From: Gemmatimonas sp.
Lineage (GTDB): Bacteria; Gemmatimonadota; Gemmatimonadetes; Gemmatimonadales; Gemmatimonadaceae
NCBI GenBank assembly: GCA_031414535.1
Contig: JANNVQ010000030.1
Location: 1-64,000 of the forward strand
Direction: 5' to 3'
Length of the DNA stretch: 64,000 nt
Part shown: piece after piece, positions 46,019-55,766 of the stretch
Numbering within the stretch: position 1 is the first letter of the stretch
Layout of the letters: each line of letters starts with the position of its first letter
Position numbers and translations under genes: made by a program
The notes under the pieces: generated by a model
What the model was told of the DNA's origin: nothing
The model's database searches: none
Seen by the model: only the letters and a program-made list of their open reading frames with translations

Positions 46019-46069
46019 TCTTTGTTCGACTGCCGAACAAAGTATGTTATATCCTTAGAAGCCTGTCAA
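46019..46069 (-). promoter_or_regulatory. TTGACA-N17-CATACT promoter with 25-bp ROK-type operator
   Basis: TCTTTGTTCGACTGCCGAACAAAGT at 46019-46043; minus-strand TTGACA at 46069-46064. Confidence 0.78.
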
Positions 46070-46194
46070 GACAGGCCCCCGAATCCGCCGACGGCGGAGA
46101 CCGGGGAGGACGCCGCGCTACCTCGTCAAACGCTTGGGTGACTTCGTTCGAGTTCCCCTTGTGGCTACCCAACCCTCGAACAGAGACCTAACCG

Positions 46195-47079
46195 ATGCCG
46201 CGATCTACCCGCTTTTTCCCCGCACGCGCCCTCGTGGGACTTTTCTCACTCTCCGTCCTGCTCGCGGCCTGTGAGGGTTCCACTGGACCTAACGGCGACG
46301 CCCAAGAGATCACCTTCGCGAGCCCCGGTACGCAGATTCTTGGTCGCACTACGGCGCCGCTCGCCGGCAGCGCCAGCTCGTTGCTCCCCGTGCAGTTCTC
46401 CTCGACCACGCTGCCCGTGTGCACCGTGTCGGGCAACGTGCTCACACTGGTGGCCGTCGGGACCTGCCGCATCAACGCCGATCAGCCGGGCGACGGCACC
46501 TTCGCTCCGGCCCCCCGAGTCAGCGTCAGCTTCGATGTCATTAGCTGTCCCGCCGTGACCGACGGCTCCGGCGTGCGGGTGAGCTTCGACAACGCGTCCG
46601 TCAGCTACAGCGTGGCCGGTTTCAATGGCGCGGTCGGTGCCACGGCGAGCGACCCGACCAACAACTGCAACGTCGTCGGTTCGGTTCGGCGCACCCCCAC
46701 ATCCCAGTATGATGGCGCCACCTTCGGCACCCTGCCGCCGACGTCCAACCCTACCATCACGGCCATCCCCTTCACCTCCACCACCAACACGCTGACGCTC
46801 CGAGTGTACGTGCCGACGGCCAACACCTTGGTGCACCTAAAAATCGAGAACGCGGCCAACGGCGCCCAGAACTATGAGACTGAAGTGAATGCACCGCTGG
46901 CTAACACCTGGCAGACGCTCACCTTCTCGCTCAACGCGCCGCTCGTGGGTGGGTTGCCCGGCCAAGCCTTCAACATGAGCACCACGTTCAACCGCGTCTC
47001 GGTCTTCTTTGAGTTCGGCGGGGTGCGCGGGGCAACGCCCGCCACTTTCTTCTTTGATGACCTGCGCCTCGTGCCTTAA
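46195..47079 (+). CDS. Lipoprotein with Ig-like and CBM-like domains
   Basis: Lipobox LAAC; QEITF...GTCRINADQPG; NTWQTLTF...FFFDDL. Confidence 0.65.
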   Translation: MPRSTRFFPARALVGLFSLSVLLAACEGSTGPNGDAQEITFASPGTQILGRTTAPLAGSASSLLPVQFSSTTLPVCTVSGNVLTLVAVGTCRINADQPGDGTFAPAPRVSVSFDVISCPAVTDGSGVRVSFDNASVSYSVAGFNGAVGATASDPTNNCNVVGSVRRTPTSQYDGATFGTLPPTSNPTITAIPFTSTTNTLTLRVYVPTANTLVHLKIENAANGAQNYETEVNAPLANTWQTLTFSLNAPLVGGLPGQAFNMSTTFNRVSVFFEFGGVRGATPATFFFDDLRLVP

Positions 47080-47092
47080 GCGCGATGGCTGG

Positions 47093-47144
47093 AAAACGAA
47101 TCGGGCGGCGAGGTCCCAAAGGACCCCGCCGCCCGATTGTTCTT
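47093..47144. terminator. Probable bidirectional terminator
   Basis: AATCGGGCGGCG...CGCCGCCCGATT between convergent genes. Confidence 0.7.
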
Positions 47145-47183
47145 CAGGCAGACGCTAAGCGCCTACCTAAAGAAGACTCCAAC

Positions 47184-48440
47184 TCACGGAATGTTGTCGT
47201 TGTTGTCCGTCTCCGCCAAAGGCAGCGGATAGCAGGTCTGGTTGCCGATTGGGGCAAAGCCCGGCTTGAAGTACGCGGCACCAGCCACCGGCACGCCAGT
47301 CACTGCCGCCGTGTTCCGGCGGAAGTCACCAAGGCGCTGACCCTCGAGGTAGAAGTCGAGGTGCTTCTGGCGCATGAACTCCGACAGCACGCTGGCTGCA
47401 TCAGTAGCGCCGGCGTACGCCGGGCGGCCTGCCGCAGTGCGACGCGTGCCGACGAGTGACAGTTGTGCCGCCGTGCCCTGCGCTTCGGCCGCGATGTAAT
47501 CGGCCTCAAGCTTGGACGCGACGCGAATCGGCGACGTAAACGCCGGGTACTTCTGCTGCACCACGAACGGACCAGAGTTCGGGTCCTGCGCGGCGAGCGA
47601 GTGCTGGCCAGGCAGAAGGTAGGTCACACGCGGATCCGAGACCTGGTACGAAGCCGGCACAGAAATGGAGCCGCGGTCAAACGTGAACTGCCACATACGG
47701 TTGCTCAGGCGCGTGCGGTTGCCCGGATCGTCGAGGTGGTTGAACGAGAAGCTGAAGCCAGCCGGCACGGCCGTCGCATCGGCGATTGCCGCTGCGGTGT
47801 TGCCGCGCTGGAGGTTCGCACGAGCGCGACCCACGCGCGAGACGTTGCCAAGGGTCGTTGCCGTTGCCGTGCCGTTCGCCGTTGCCTTCGTGATGGCCAC
47901 CGTGAAGTTGGCGATCGCCGAGTCGAGCATGGCGTTCGTATTCAGCAGCGGACCGCCGTACACTGTGCCCTCGCAGAACGACTCCGCCATCCGGACGAAA
48001 CCGTAACCAAGCCAAGTGTGCGCGCGCACGAGGTTGATGTTGGTGTCCGGCGTCGGCAGGGCCGGATTCAGGGCCAGCTCGGCGACGAGGTGGTTGCCCG
48101 CCATAGACTGCGACAGCGGGAACCACACTTCGCCGTTGTGCGAGCCGTTGGCCGTGGTGACATCGCGACGCCCGAACTCATTGCGCGTCGGGAAGGTCTC
48201 GGCCACAATGGCCTCGCCCGTGAACCAGGCGCCGTACATGATGGACCAGCCGAGTGCCGACTGGAACGACTGCTGCGCGGAGTTCGCCAGCGTCACTGCG
48301 TCGGTGATCGGGTTCACCGCCGCAGCGTCAATGACGTTGGGCGATTCAACCTCGAGGAAGCCTGAGCAGGCTGCCACCGAGGTGAGGGCGGCCGTCGCGA
48401 GGACGCGAGCCGCCTTTCTCGGAATGTTGGTATAAGTCAT
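47184..48440 (-). CDS. RagB/SusD family lipoprotein
   Basis: Lipobox VAAC; EADYIAAEA; FYLEGQRLGDFRR; PLPLAE; follows SusC. Confidence 0.88.
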   Translation of the reverse strand: MTYTNIPRKAARVLATAALTSVAACSGFLEVESPNVIDAAAVNPITDAVTLANSAQQSFQSALGWSIMYGAWFTGEAIVAETFPTRNEFGRRDVTTANGSHNGEVWFPLSQSMAGNHLVAELALNPALPTPDTNINLVRAHTWLGYGFVRMAESFCEGTVYGGPLLNTNAMLDSAIANFTVAITKATANGTATATTLGNVSRVGRARANLQRGNTAAAIADATAVPAGFSFSFNHLDDPGNRTRLSNRMWQFTFDRGSISVPASYQVSDPRVTYLLPGQHSLAAQDPNSGPFVVQQKYPAFTSPIRVASKLEADYIAAEAQGTAAQLSLVGTRRTAAGRPAYAGATDAASVLSEFMRQKHLDFYLEGQRLGDFRRNTAAVTGVPVAGAAYFKPGFAPIGNQTCYPLPLAETDNNDNIP

Positions 48441-48447
48441 CAGTTCC

Positions 48448-51400
48448 TCAGAAGGTCAGGTTGAACCGCAGCACAGTCGTGCGCGGATTCGGTTGGGTGA
48501 GGAAGTCGTCGCGCGAGAACTGCGCGCCGGCGGCCGAAATCACTTCAGGGTCCGCACCGGTGAAGTCCTTGTGCGTCCACAGCGCAACGTTCTGCACCGC
48601 AAGGCCAATCGAGGCCGTCTGCGCACCAGGGAGCAGCGACACGAAGCGCGTCGGCACGTCCCAGTTCACACCGAGCTCGCGGAAGCGCACAAAGTCACCC
48701 GGCTGCAGGTAGTGGTCGCGGACTTCGTTCACCGTCGTCGAGGCACCGTTTTCCTGACGGAAAGCCGGCTGGCCTGGGGTCGGGTTGCCGAAGCGCTGCA
48801 GGCGCTCACGGCGCGCCAGAACCGTCGTGTCGAGACGGGCGTTGCTGCGCACCAGCTGCGTTTCACGGAAGAAGTCCGTGAGGTTGTACACGGAGAAGTC
48901 CTGCTTGGTATCGAACTGGGCGTTGATGCGCAGCTGACGGAAGAGCGTCAGCGTAGCGGTCATCGTGCCTTCGAAGGTCGGGAACAGGTTGCCGGCCACC
49001 TCGAAGGTGTCAGCGACCGTCACGATGCCAGTCGTCTCGTCAATGTTGCGGATACGCTTGGACACCCAGGAACCGAGCTGCGCGCCTTCGGTGAAGCGGT
49101 TGAGCGTGCCGAAGGCGTTGATGCCGCCAAGGTCGGTGAGCTCGTTCTTCAGGGTCGCGAAGCCACCGCGGAGGTCAAGCGCCACGTTCTGGCTCTCAAA
49201 TACCGAGGCGTTGACCGTGACTTCGAAGCCCGCGTTACGCACGCCGCCGATGTTGACCTGCGGATTCTGCGTGAAGCCAAGCGACGGGGGCAGCGGACGG
49301 CTGAGGATCAGGTCGTTCGTGGTCTTGTCGAAGTACGTGAGTTCAAGACCCACGCGCTCGTTGAAGAGACCGATGTCGAATCCAACTTCGACTTCCGTGC
49401 CGCGCTCCGGCTTGAGGTCAGCGTTACCCGGGTTGGCCGGGACTGCGCCCGCTTCGTTCGTCGTGCCGGCAATGCTCGGCGCTGCAGCGAGGGTTGTGAG
49501 GGCCGCGCCAGCGCCCGGTGCACGACCGGTGGTGCCGTAGGCTGCGCGGGCGCGCAGCGAGCTCACGGAGCTGGCTAGGAAGCCACCCCAGAAGCCTTCT
49601 TCAGAAATCACCCACGAGCCGCCGATCTTCGGCAGGATCGCCGGATCTACCTGGGAACCGAACACCGAGAACTCGTCCACGCGCACGCCGACCGTGAGGA
49701 AGCGGCGGTTGAGCTGGCCGAGCTGCGACTGCGCGATCCAGCCGCGCTGGCGCACTTCCGTCAGCTGACCGGTCGCCGAGGTCTGCGACGCCGCCGAGAT
49801 CACATTGTTGCTGTTGACCACGAAGCCCGTACCAGTGGCGCTCACGAACTCGGAGCGGGTCTGGATCATCTGCAGGCCGAGCGTGGTGTTGAGTTCAAAC
49901 TGGTTGTCGGCGCCGAACTGGTTGCGGGCGTTGGCCTGGTAATCGACCGTGTAGCGCTCGCTGCTGGTGCGCGACTGCGTGTTGGAGCCGGTGTTGAGCA
50001 GGCCGGCGTACGAGTTGATCGGGTTCTTCGGGAAGAAGACCGTCGCTTCATCAAACAGGAGGTCGCCGCCCACCACGAGCTTGTGCGTCAACCAGGAGTT
50101 CGGAACGAAGCTGACCGTCACACCTGCCGTGGTGCCGCGCGAGAACAGGCCCGTCTCGATGGCCTCGATGGCCGAGAGCTGACGGTTGGCACCGAACCAG
50201 CCGTTGGCGCCGGTGTTGTCATCGGTGCGCGTTAGCGGCGTGCCGAGGAGGCCGCCGCCGAGGAAGCCGTAAATGTTGTTGTCGTTCTGCGGTGCGTTCA
50301 GGCTGGACTGCTGCACGCCCAACGACGCATTCACGGTGACCTTGGAGCTGGGCACAAAGTTGAAGTTCGTGCGGATGCCCTTACGGCCGAACGAGTTGTT
50401 CGGGAGGGTGCCGTTCTGCAGGTCGTTGTTGACCGAGAAGAAGTAGCCGTAGCCCTGGCCGCCGCCGTTCGCGGAGTAGGACAGGTTGCCCACCGAGCCG
50501 GTGCGGAACGCGCCCGAGCGCACGAGCGGGTTGTCCGAGACCAGCGTGGTCGTGGTCTGGCCACGGCACAGCGGGTTGGTGCTGGTCGGAAGAATCGACG
50601 CCGCAGAGCAGAAGGCGTAGTTCGTTGGCGGGGTCCAATTCTGGTCCGACGTGCCCGCCTCGAGCGTGATGCTCTGATTGAAGCGCTGGGCGCCGGCGCG
50701 GCCGGACTTGGTGATGATCTGAATCACGCCCGCAGAAGCGTCGGCGCCGTACAGCGTGGCGGCGGCGGGGCCCTTCACGACTTCGATGGACTCGATGTCG
50801 TCGGGGTTGATGTTGTTCAGACGGTCAGCGCTCTGGCCGCCGGCGCCGAGGCCCGGCTGGCCTTCGTTGACGCGGATGCCGTCAATGAAGATGAGCGGCT
50901 GATTGGAGAGGTTGACCGACGCTGCGCCGCGGATGTTGATGCGACGGGAGGTGCCAGCCGTGCCCGAGGCGGAGTTCACCGAGACGCTCGGCACGCGGGA
51001 CTGCAGCAACTGGCTGAATGACTGCGCCGGGGAAGACTTGGCGATGTCGCTGACATCAACGCTCGTGACCACGGCGGCCTGCGCGCGCCGCTCCTGGTTA
51101 CCCGCGGTGCCCGTCACGACCACGTCGGACAGCTGCACGCGCGAGACGTTCAGAGCGAAGTTCACGGTGGACGTCTGCCCTGCCGTCACACGTACGGTGT
51201 CCGTAGAGGACTGGTAGCCGATCTTGTAGATCGTCACATTGGCCGGACCTGCCGGCGCCTGCGTGATACGGTATTCACCCTGCGCATTCGAGAAGACCGC
51301 GATGGCCGTGCCAACGACAATGACACGGGCTTCTGCGAGGGGTCGACCGGTACCGCGATCCGTCACCTTCCCGGTGATTACGCCTGTGGCGACCTGCGCG

Positions 51401-51471
51401 CCAAGAGCGGTCACACCAGCCGTGGCCAGCAATACTACGCCGACACAGGCTTGGGCGAGCCTTCTAAACAT
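48448..51471 (-). CDS. SusC/RagA TonB-dependent transporter
   Basis: PLIFIDG...INPDDIESIEVVKGPAAATLYG...GVIQIITK; GNADLKPE; terminal F. Confidence 0.93.
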   Translation of the reverse strand: MFRRLAQACVGVVLLATAGVTALGAQVATGVITGKVTDRGTGRPLAEARVIVVGTAIAVFSNAQGEYRITQAPAGPANVTIYKIGYQSSTDTVRVTAGQTSTVNFALNVSRVQLSDVVVTGTAGNQERRAQAAVVTSVDVSDIAKSSPAQSFSQLLQSRVPSVSVNSASGTAGTSRRINIRGAASVNLSNQPLIFIDGIRVNEGQPGLGAGGQSADRLNNINPDDIESIEVVKGPAAATLYGADASAGVIQIITKSGRAGAQRFNQSITLEAGTSDQNWTPPTNYAFCSAASILPTSTNPLCRGQTTTTLVSDNPLVRSGAFRTGSVGNLSYSANGGGQGYGYFFSVNNDLQNGTLPNNSFGRKGIRTNFNFVPSSKVTVNASLGVQQSSLNAPQNDNNIYGFLGGGLLGTPLTRTDDNTGANGWFGANRQLSAIEAIETGLFSRGTTAGVTVSFVPNSWLTHKLVVGGDLLFDEATVFFPKNPINSYAGLLNTGSNTQSRTSSERYTVDYQANARNQFGADNQFELNTTLGLQMIQTRSEFVSATGTGFVVNSNNVISAASQTSATGQLTEVRQRGWIAQSQLGQLNRRFLTVGVRVDEFSVFGSQVDPAILPKIGGSWVISEEGFWGGFLASSVSSLRARAAYGTTGRAPGAGAALTTLAAAPSIAGTTNEAGAVPANPGNADLKPERGTEVEVGFDIGLFNERVGLELTYFDKTTNDLILSRPLPPSLGFTQNPQVNIGGVRNAGFEVTVNASVFESQNVALDLRGGFATLKNELTDLGGINAFGTLNRFTEGAQLGSWVSKRIRNIDETTGIVTVADTFEVAGNLFPTFEGTMTATLTLFRQLRINAQFDTKQDFSVYNLTDFFRETQLVRSNARLDTTVLARRERLQRFGNPTPGQPAFRQENGASTTVNEVRDHYLQPGDFVRFRELGVNWDVPTRFVSLLPGAQTASIGLAVQNVALWTHKDFTGADPEVISAAGAQFSRDDFLTQPNPRTTVLRFNLTF

Positions 51472-51694
51472 CAGGAAATCTCCTAAATGTGGTGGGGCAG
51501 GTCATGTGACCTGTGCTACAAGTACTGCGGTTACTCTATCGTTACTCCACCTGTAGAGCAACCCGTCACAACGTATTTGCTTTTAGGGCCCGATTCTGCT
51601 AGCGAATATTTACCGAACAGAGTCTTAAGGCACCATTAAGCCCTCGTTTAGATATTCATTTGCTTTTTTCGCGCCGGAACATAGGCTCAACTGA

Positions 51695-52837
51695 GTGCCG
51701 TCTCTCTCCGCCTCCCCACGTGCTATCTGCCAACTTTGGTTCGCGCTCCTCCTCGGATGCGCAACGCCGGGGCTGAGCCTCGCGGCGCAGGAGGCCGGAG
51801 TCACCGTGAGCGGCACCGTGCGTGATTCGCTGGGACAGGGGGTGTCTGGCGCGCTCGTACAGTTGGCGGGCGGCATCCAGCGCGCCGAGTCGGACGCCAC
51901 GGGCAGCTTCGCGCTTCGGGACGTCCCAACTGGCGCACGAGAGCTCGTGATCCGACGAATTGGCTATCAGCCGCGCAGGCAACCACTGACGGTGTCTCGC
52001 AGCGGCGAAACCGGCATAGCGATTCGCCTCGAGACGCTCGCGCAGCCCATTGCGCCGGTGATCGTGCGTGGTCGCGAAACCCTGCGCGGCAATGCCGCCG
52101 CCTTTTACGCTCGGCGCGCGAGTGGACGTGGGCGTTTCCTCACCGCGGCGGAGATTGACAATCGTCAGTTGTGGACGATGCGCGACGTGATGCGCACGGT
52201 GCCCGGGACCCAAGTCCGAAACAATCGAGGGCGGCAGACTTTCTATATGCGCGGCGCGAGCCGTCCACCCGTGGTCTATCTCGACGGCGTGCGCATGGCG
52301 GCTGGTGAAGTCGATCTCAACCTTTTAGATCCTCGAACCTTTCTCGGCGTCGAGATTTACTCTGGCACGGCCACGACGCCGCCGGAGTACTCAATGAGCG
52401 ACCTCTACGGACAGAACGGCGGCGTGATTGTCGTGTGGACACGCGAAGGACGTGCGCTTCCGCGCCGGCCGCGCCGCGGAGACAGCTCACCGGCCGAGGT
52501 GGTGGCCGCTCTTATTGAGGCCAAGGAAGCGCTCACGGCCGACGCCGTGGATCGGCCCGCGCACATTGACCCGGCCAACGAGCTCACGCCGCTTTACCCC
52601 GACTCATTGTTCGAGGCCGGAATTGCCGGGTCCGCCACGCTCGAGTTCGTCATCGAGCCCGATGGGCAACTCCGCGTGGAGACCCTGAGCATTGTGAGTG
52701 CGACGCATCCGGCCTTCGGTGCGGCGGCGCGCGATGCCCTGCTTTCTGTACGGTTCATCCCAGCAGTGCAAAGAAACCGCAACGTGGCGCAGGTGGTGCT
52801 ACTGACGATTCGCTTCGAACCGGTCAGAAGGCCGTAG
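51695..52837 (+). CDS. Carboxypeptidase-regulatory-like + plug-like + TonB C-terminal domain protein
   Basis: VSGTVRDSLG..RRIGY; PVVYLDG..GVEIYSG..GVIVVWTR; PLYP..G.A.LEFVI..DG..F.PA. Confidence 0.7.
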   Translation: MPSLSASPRAICQLWFALLLGCATPGLSLAAQEAGVTVSGTVRDSLGQGVSGALVQLAGGIQRAESDATGSFALRDVPTGARELVIRRIGYQPRRQPLTVSRSGETGIAIRLETLAQPIAPVIVRGRETLRGNAAAFYARRASGRGRFLTAAEIDNRQLWTMRDVMRTVPGTQVRNNRGRQTFYMRGASRPPVVYLDGVRMAAGEVDLNLLDPRTFLGVEIYSGTATTPPEYSMSDLYGQNGGVIVVWTREGRALPRRPRRGDSSPAEVVAALIEAKEALTADAVDRPAHIDPANELTPLYPDSLFEAGIAGSATLEFVIEPDGQLRVETLSIVSATHPAFGAAARDALLSVRFIPAVQRNRNVAQVVLLTIRFEPVRRP

Positions 52838-54233
52838 TCCAGAGCACCACGACGCCACAACCGGTGGCCGCGTTGGCAAACTCCGAGGGAATGCTCACGC
52901 CTCGACGATAGAGTTCCAAGCGTTTGGCGGACTGGAGGAGGATATGCAACTCCCACCCGTCCATGCGCAGGCGCGGAACACCATCCACGAAGACAGTCGG
53001 AACACAGAGGTCACCTCCCACACCGCGAAAAAAAATCATCGGGCGGTTGGTGTAACCGAGTTCCCCCTGCGACATCGGCGCTCGCACGCCGCCAATCGCC
53101 GTAAGGTCCTGCGCACGACGGCCGATCTTGTTGAGGTCGTCATTATCGAGGAACGTGCCCGACCCGGAACGCCGTCTCAACTCGTACGCGGTCCTGAAGG
53201 CGTCCGCGGCGAGGCCCGTCACGCGATACTCTGGGAGCAGAGTTCCCACAGCCGACATGCGCGCATCAAGGCTGAGCTCCTCATCGGGCATGAGCGCCAC
53301 TACCTGCGTGAGCGGCGCCCGACCGACTGCGCGCACAATCACCGTCTGAGATCCCGAGGGCACGCCAATGAGTCGTACATCACCACTCGGATCGCTTGTA
53401 CCCGAAGCGGCGTGGCCACGGATGCCAATCGTCGCATTCTCAATGGGCCGTCCGCGATCGTCGACGACGCGCACTCGCAGTCGCGCGCGTCCTCGGCGCG
53501 AGACTCCAGGATTGGCTACGTACAAACTGTCCGCCGCCACCGTGGCCGCGCTGTCGCTCAAGCTCACCGCCACGTCGCGTATGGTGATGGCACGCCCCTT
53601 TTCGGGGAATGCAAGCTGACCTGTTCGATGCGAGCCCACGCTGACGGTCATCGTGAGGTCCACGTCGGTTGGCACGCCGCAGAGCCTGAACTCACCGAGA
53701 CTGTCGGCATCCACGGTCATGGTCCGATCGATTTGTCTGGCGCCGCCCGCCCCACCGAAGTTCATCTCCCACCACGACACCTGCGCGGTTGCGCCTGCGA
53801 GCGGCCGACCATCTTCTGCTGCGCGCACGCGACCCAGGACAATCGTGGATGCTGAGTCCAAGGTGGTTCCGCACAGGAACCGACTCGTAGTGGCGAAAGA
53901 CGGCGTCGCGAGTTGCAGGTTGCGCAGCCCCTCGGCGGGAACCGTGACGCGATATGCTGGAGCGCTCAAGCGGGCTGAGTCGAGGGCGGGATGGAAAAAC
54001 GTCAGGAGATAGCTGCCCTCGGGAACGTCAGGCAGGACGAAGCGTCCGCGGCGGTCGGTCGTCGCGATTTGCGGCAAGCCTTCGATCACTACACGTGCGC
54101 CCTCCATGGGACCACGCGCCACGAGGGAGTCGTAGACCTCGCCGCGCAGTGTTTGCGCGCCCGCCTGACTGGCGTGGAGAGCAGCGCAGATGAGTGCACC
54201 GAGTAGGCCGCGTCGATTGCTGAGGAACGTCAT
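52824..54233 (-). CDS. Triple carboxypeptidase-regulatory-like + plug-like domain protein
   Basis: LRGEVYDS, LGRVRAAEDG, VRVVDDRG; CVPTVFVDG..RLELYR..CGVVVLWT at the C-terminus. Confidence 0.7.
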   Translation of the reverse strand: MTFLSNRRGLLGALICAALHASQAGAQTLRGEVYDSLVARGPMEGARVVIEGLPQIATTDRRGRFVLPDVPEGSYLLTFFHPALDSARLSAPAYRVTVPAEGLRNLQLATPSFATTSRFLCGTTLDSASTIVLGRVRAAEDGRPLAGATAQVSWWEMNFGGAGGARQIDRTMTVDADSLGEFRLCGVPTDVDLTMTVSVGSHRTGQLAFPEKGRAITIRDVAVSLSDSAATVAADSLYVANPGVSRRGRARLRVRVVDDRGRPIENATIGIRGHAASGTSDPSGDVRLIGVPSGSQTVIVRAVGRAPLTQVVALMPDEELSLDARMSAVGTLLPEYRVTGLAADAFRTAYELRRRSGSGTFLDNDDLNKIGRRAQDLTAIGGVRAPMSQGELGYTNRPMIFFRGVGGDLCVPTVFVDGVPRLRMDGWELHILLQSAKRLELYRRGVSIPSEFANAATGCGVVVLWTTAF

Positions 54234-54266
54234 GGCCTCAGAATACCCCTTGAGAGAAGAGACGGC

Positions 54267-55091
54267 TCAGGGCCGTCGTCGCCGAGATACCGCAATGATC
54301 TCTGGTGGCACACTTCCCCGCTGAGACTCCGTCACCCAGTCGTAGTCCGCGTCCCACGCGTCACCGCCAAAGAGAATGAAGGCCCCGGCAGGGATGTTGC
54401 CGAGCGAGGCGCAGGGCCCCGCATCAGCTTGACGTCCGGGTGGCAGATCGTGAACCCACACGCGGCACTGGCCCTCGGGCGGATACTGCCCGGGTGGGAC
54501 GAAGAGCGTGCGGCGGCCGGCGACGCGAATGGTATCACTGCGAAACACGGTGTCTCGCAGAGTCACGATGACCGTGTCTAGGCGCGTGACAACAACCGTG
54601 TCCACCCGAGCGACAACAACCGTATCCACGCGCCCAGGATTACCCGTCGTCGGTGTCCCGGTCGTGGGTGTCCCGGTCGTGGGCGTCCCGGTCGTGGGCG
54701 TCCCCGTCCCCGGCAGAGTAGTCGGCACGGGCCGTGTGCCACTTCCCGTCCGCGTGGGAATGCGCGTGGGTATTGGAGTCTGAGGCGTACCCGTGCTCGG
54801 TAGCGTCACTGGTGCGCCGACCTTTACCGTGTCCACTCGGCGCAGGGTATCCACGCGCACGATAGTCCGTGTGCCGCCACGCCAGAGTGTATCGAGCCGC
54901 GTGACGGTATCCACACGCAACACGCTGTCGAAGCGGAACGAGATCACCACGCGGTTGCCACGATGGAACCCGTAGAGCGTGTCGCGCTCCGTGTACGCGC
55001 GGTCGGTTTGCGGAACGATGATAATCGCTCGGCGACAGCCACCGATGGACGCGGCAACGAAGAGTGCGAGAGTCCAGAGCAGTCGGTTCAT
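54267..55091 (-). CDS. Hypothetical lipoprotein with xDT repeats and PTTGT linker
   Basis: IGGC lipobox; repeated RVDTV; PPGQYPPEGQCRVW domain. Confidence 0.65.
   Translation of the reverse strand: MNRLLWTLALFVAASIGGCRRAIIIVPQTDRAYTERDTLYGFHRGNRVVISFRFDSVLRVDTVTRLDTLWRGGTRTIVRVDTLRRVDTVKVGAPVTLPSTGTPQTPIPTRIPTRTGSGTRPVPTTLPGTGTPTTGTPTTGTPTTGTPTTGNPGRVDTVVVARVDTVVVTRLDTVIVTLRDTVFRSDTIRVAGRRTLFVPPGQYPPEGQCRVWVHDLPPGRQADAGPCASLGNIPAGAFILFGGDAWDADYDWVTESQRGSVPPEIIAVSRRRRP
54642..54701. repeat. 15-bp coding tandem repeat x4 (TPTTG)
   Basis: CCCGGTCGTGGGYGT units. Confidence 0.9.
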
Positions 55092-55098
55092 ACTGTCC

Positions 55099-55476
55099 TC
55101 AAGTCGGCTTGTACACGGCCATCGCGGCGGCGAGCATTGCCAGCAGGGGCAAGGCGAGAAGCAAGGGACGCGTGGCCTGCGGTGCGCGGTAGGGTAGAAT
55201 CACAACAACGGCCAGCACGGCCCACAGCGAGAGCTTCACCCAAAGCCAGAGCGGGAATCCGCTGCCGTGCGCGAATCCAATGCGCGCCAGCAGGCCGAAT
55301 CCACCGACGAGCACGAAGAGCGCACCCACGCCATGCATGGCGATCAGCAACTTGCGCGCGGCATTGTCTGCCTTGCGACCACCGTTGAGCGCATGCACGG
55401 TGAGCCCGCCGAGTGAGACGAGGGCGAGGGCGATGCCCAAGACGTGCACGATTTTATAGAAGGAGTACGGAAGCAT
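55099..55476 (-). CDS. Four-TM membrane protein (SirB2-like)
   Basis: YKIVHVLG...MHGVG...GGFGLL...WLWVKL. Confidence 0.6.
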   Translation of the reverse strand: MLPYSFYKIVHVLGIALALVSLGGLTVHALNGGRKADNAARKLLIAMHGVGALFVLVGGFGLLARIGFAHGSGFPLWLWVKLSLWAVLAVVVILPYRAPQATRPLLLALPLLAMLAAAMAVYKPT

Positions 55477-55552
55477 CTCAAAATGTTGCCTGCGGGCCGC
55501 GGATGAACAAGCGTCGCTGGCGCGAGGCGCGTCACCACGCTAGGCTGGCCGC

Positions 55553-55747
55553 ATGACGAAACAACCACCACAGATGTCGCCCCTCGTCGCGTGGGCCTCG
55601 CGCAATGGGGGCATCATCCTCTTTGTCCTGCTGCTTTCCGTTGCGATGATAGAAGGCGTGGCCATGTACGCGGCCAAACGGCGGGCCGCCCGCGAGGCGC
55701 CCGACGGTGCAACGACAGCAACGACAGCAGTTCCAGCGGCGCGCTAG
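55553..55747 (+). CDS. Small single-TM protein
   Basis: One hydrophobic helix in 64 aa. Confidence 0.4.
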   Translation: MTKQPPQMSPLVAWASRNGGIILFVLLLSVAMIEGVAMYAAKRRAAREAPDGATTATTAVPAAR

Positions 55748-55766
55748 CGAAGCGCACTCTCGAGAC

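Noticed and set aside
48493..49578. Long antisense ORFs (also 7954-9150, 30230-31246, 47463-48365)
   Set aside because: Shadow frames of real genes, expected in high-GC DNA.
51613..51623. ROK operator half-site CCGAACAGAGT
   Set aside because: The left half of the palindrome is absent.
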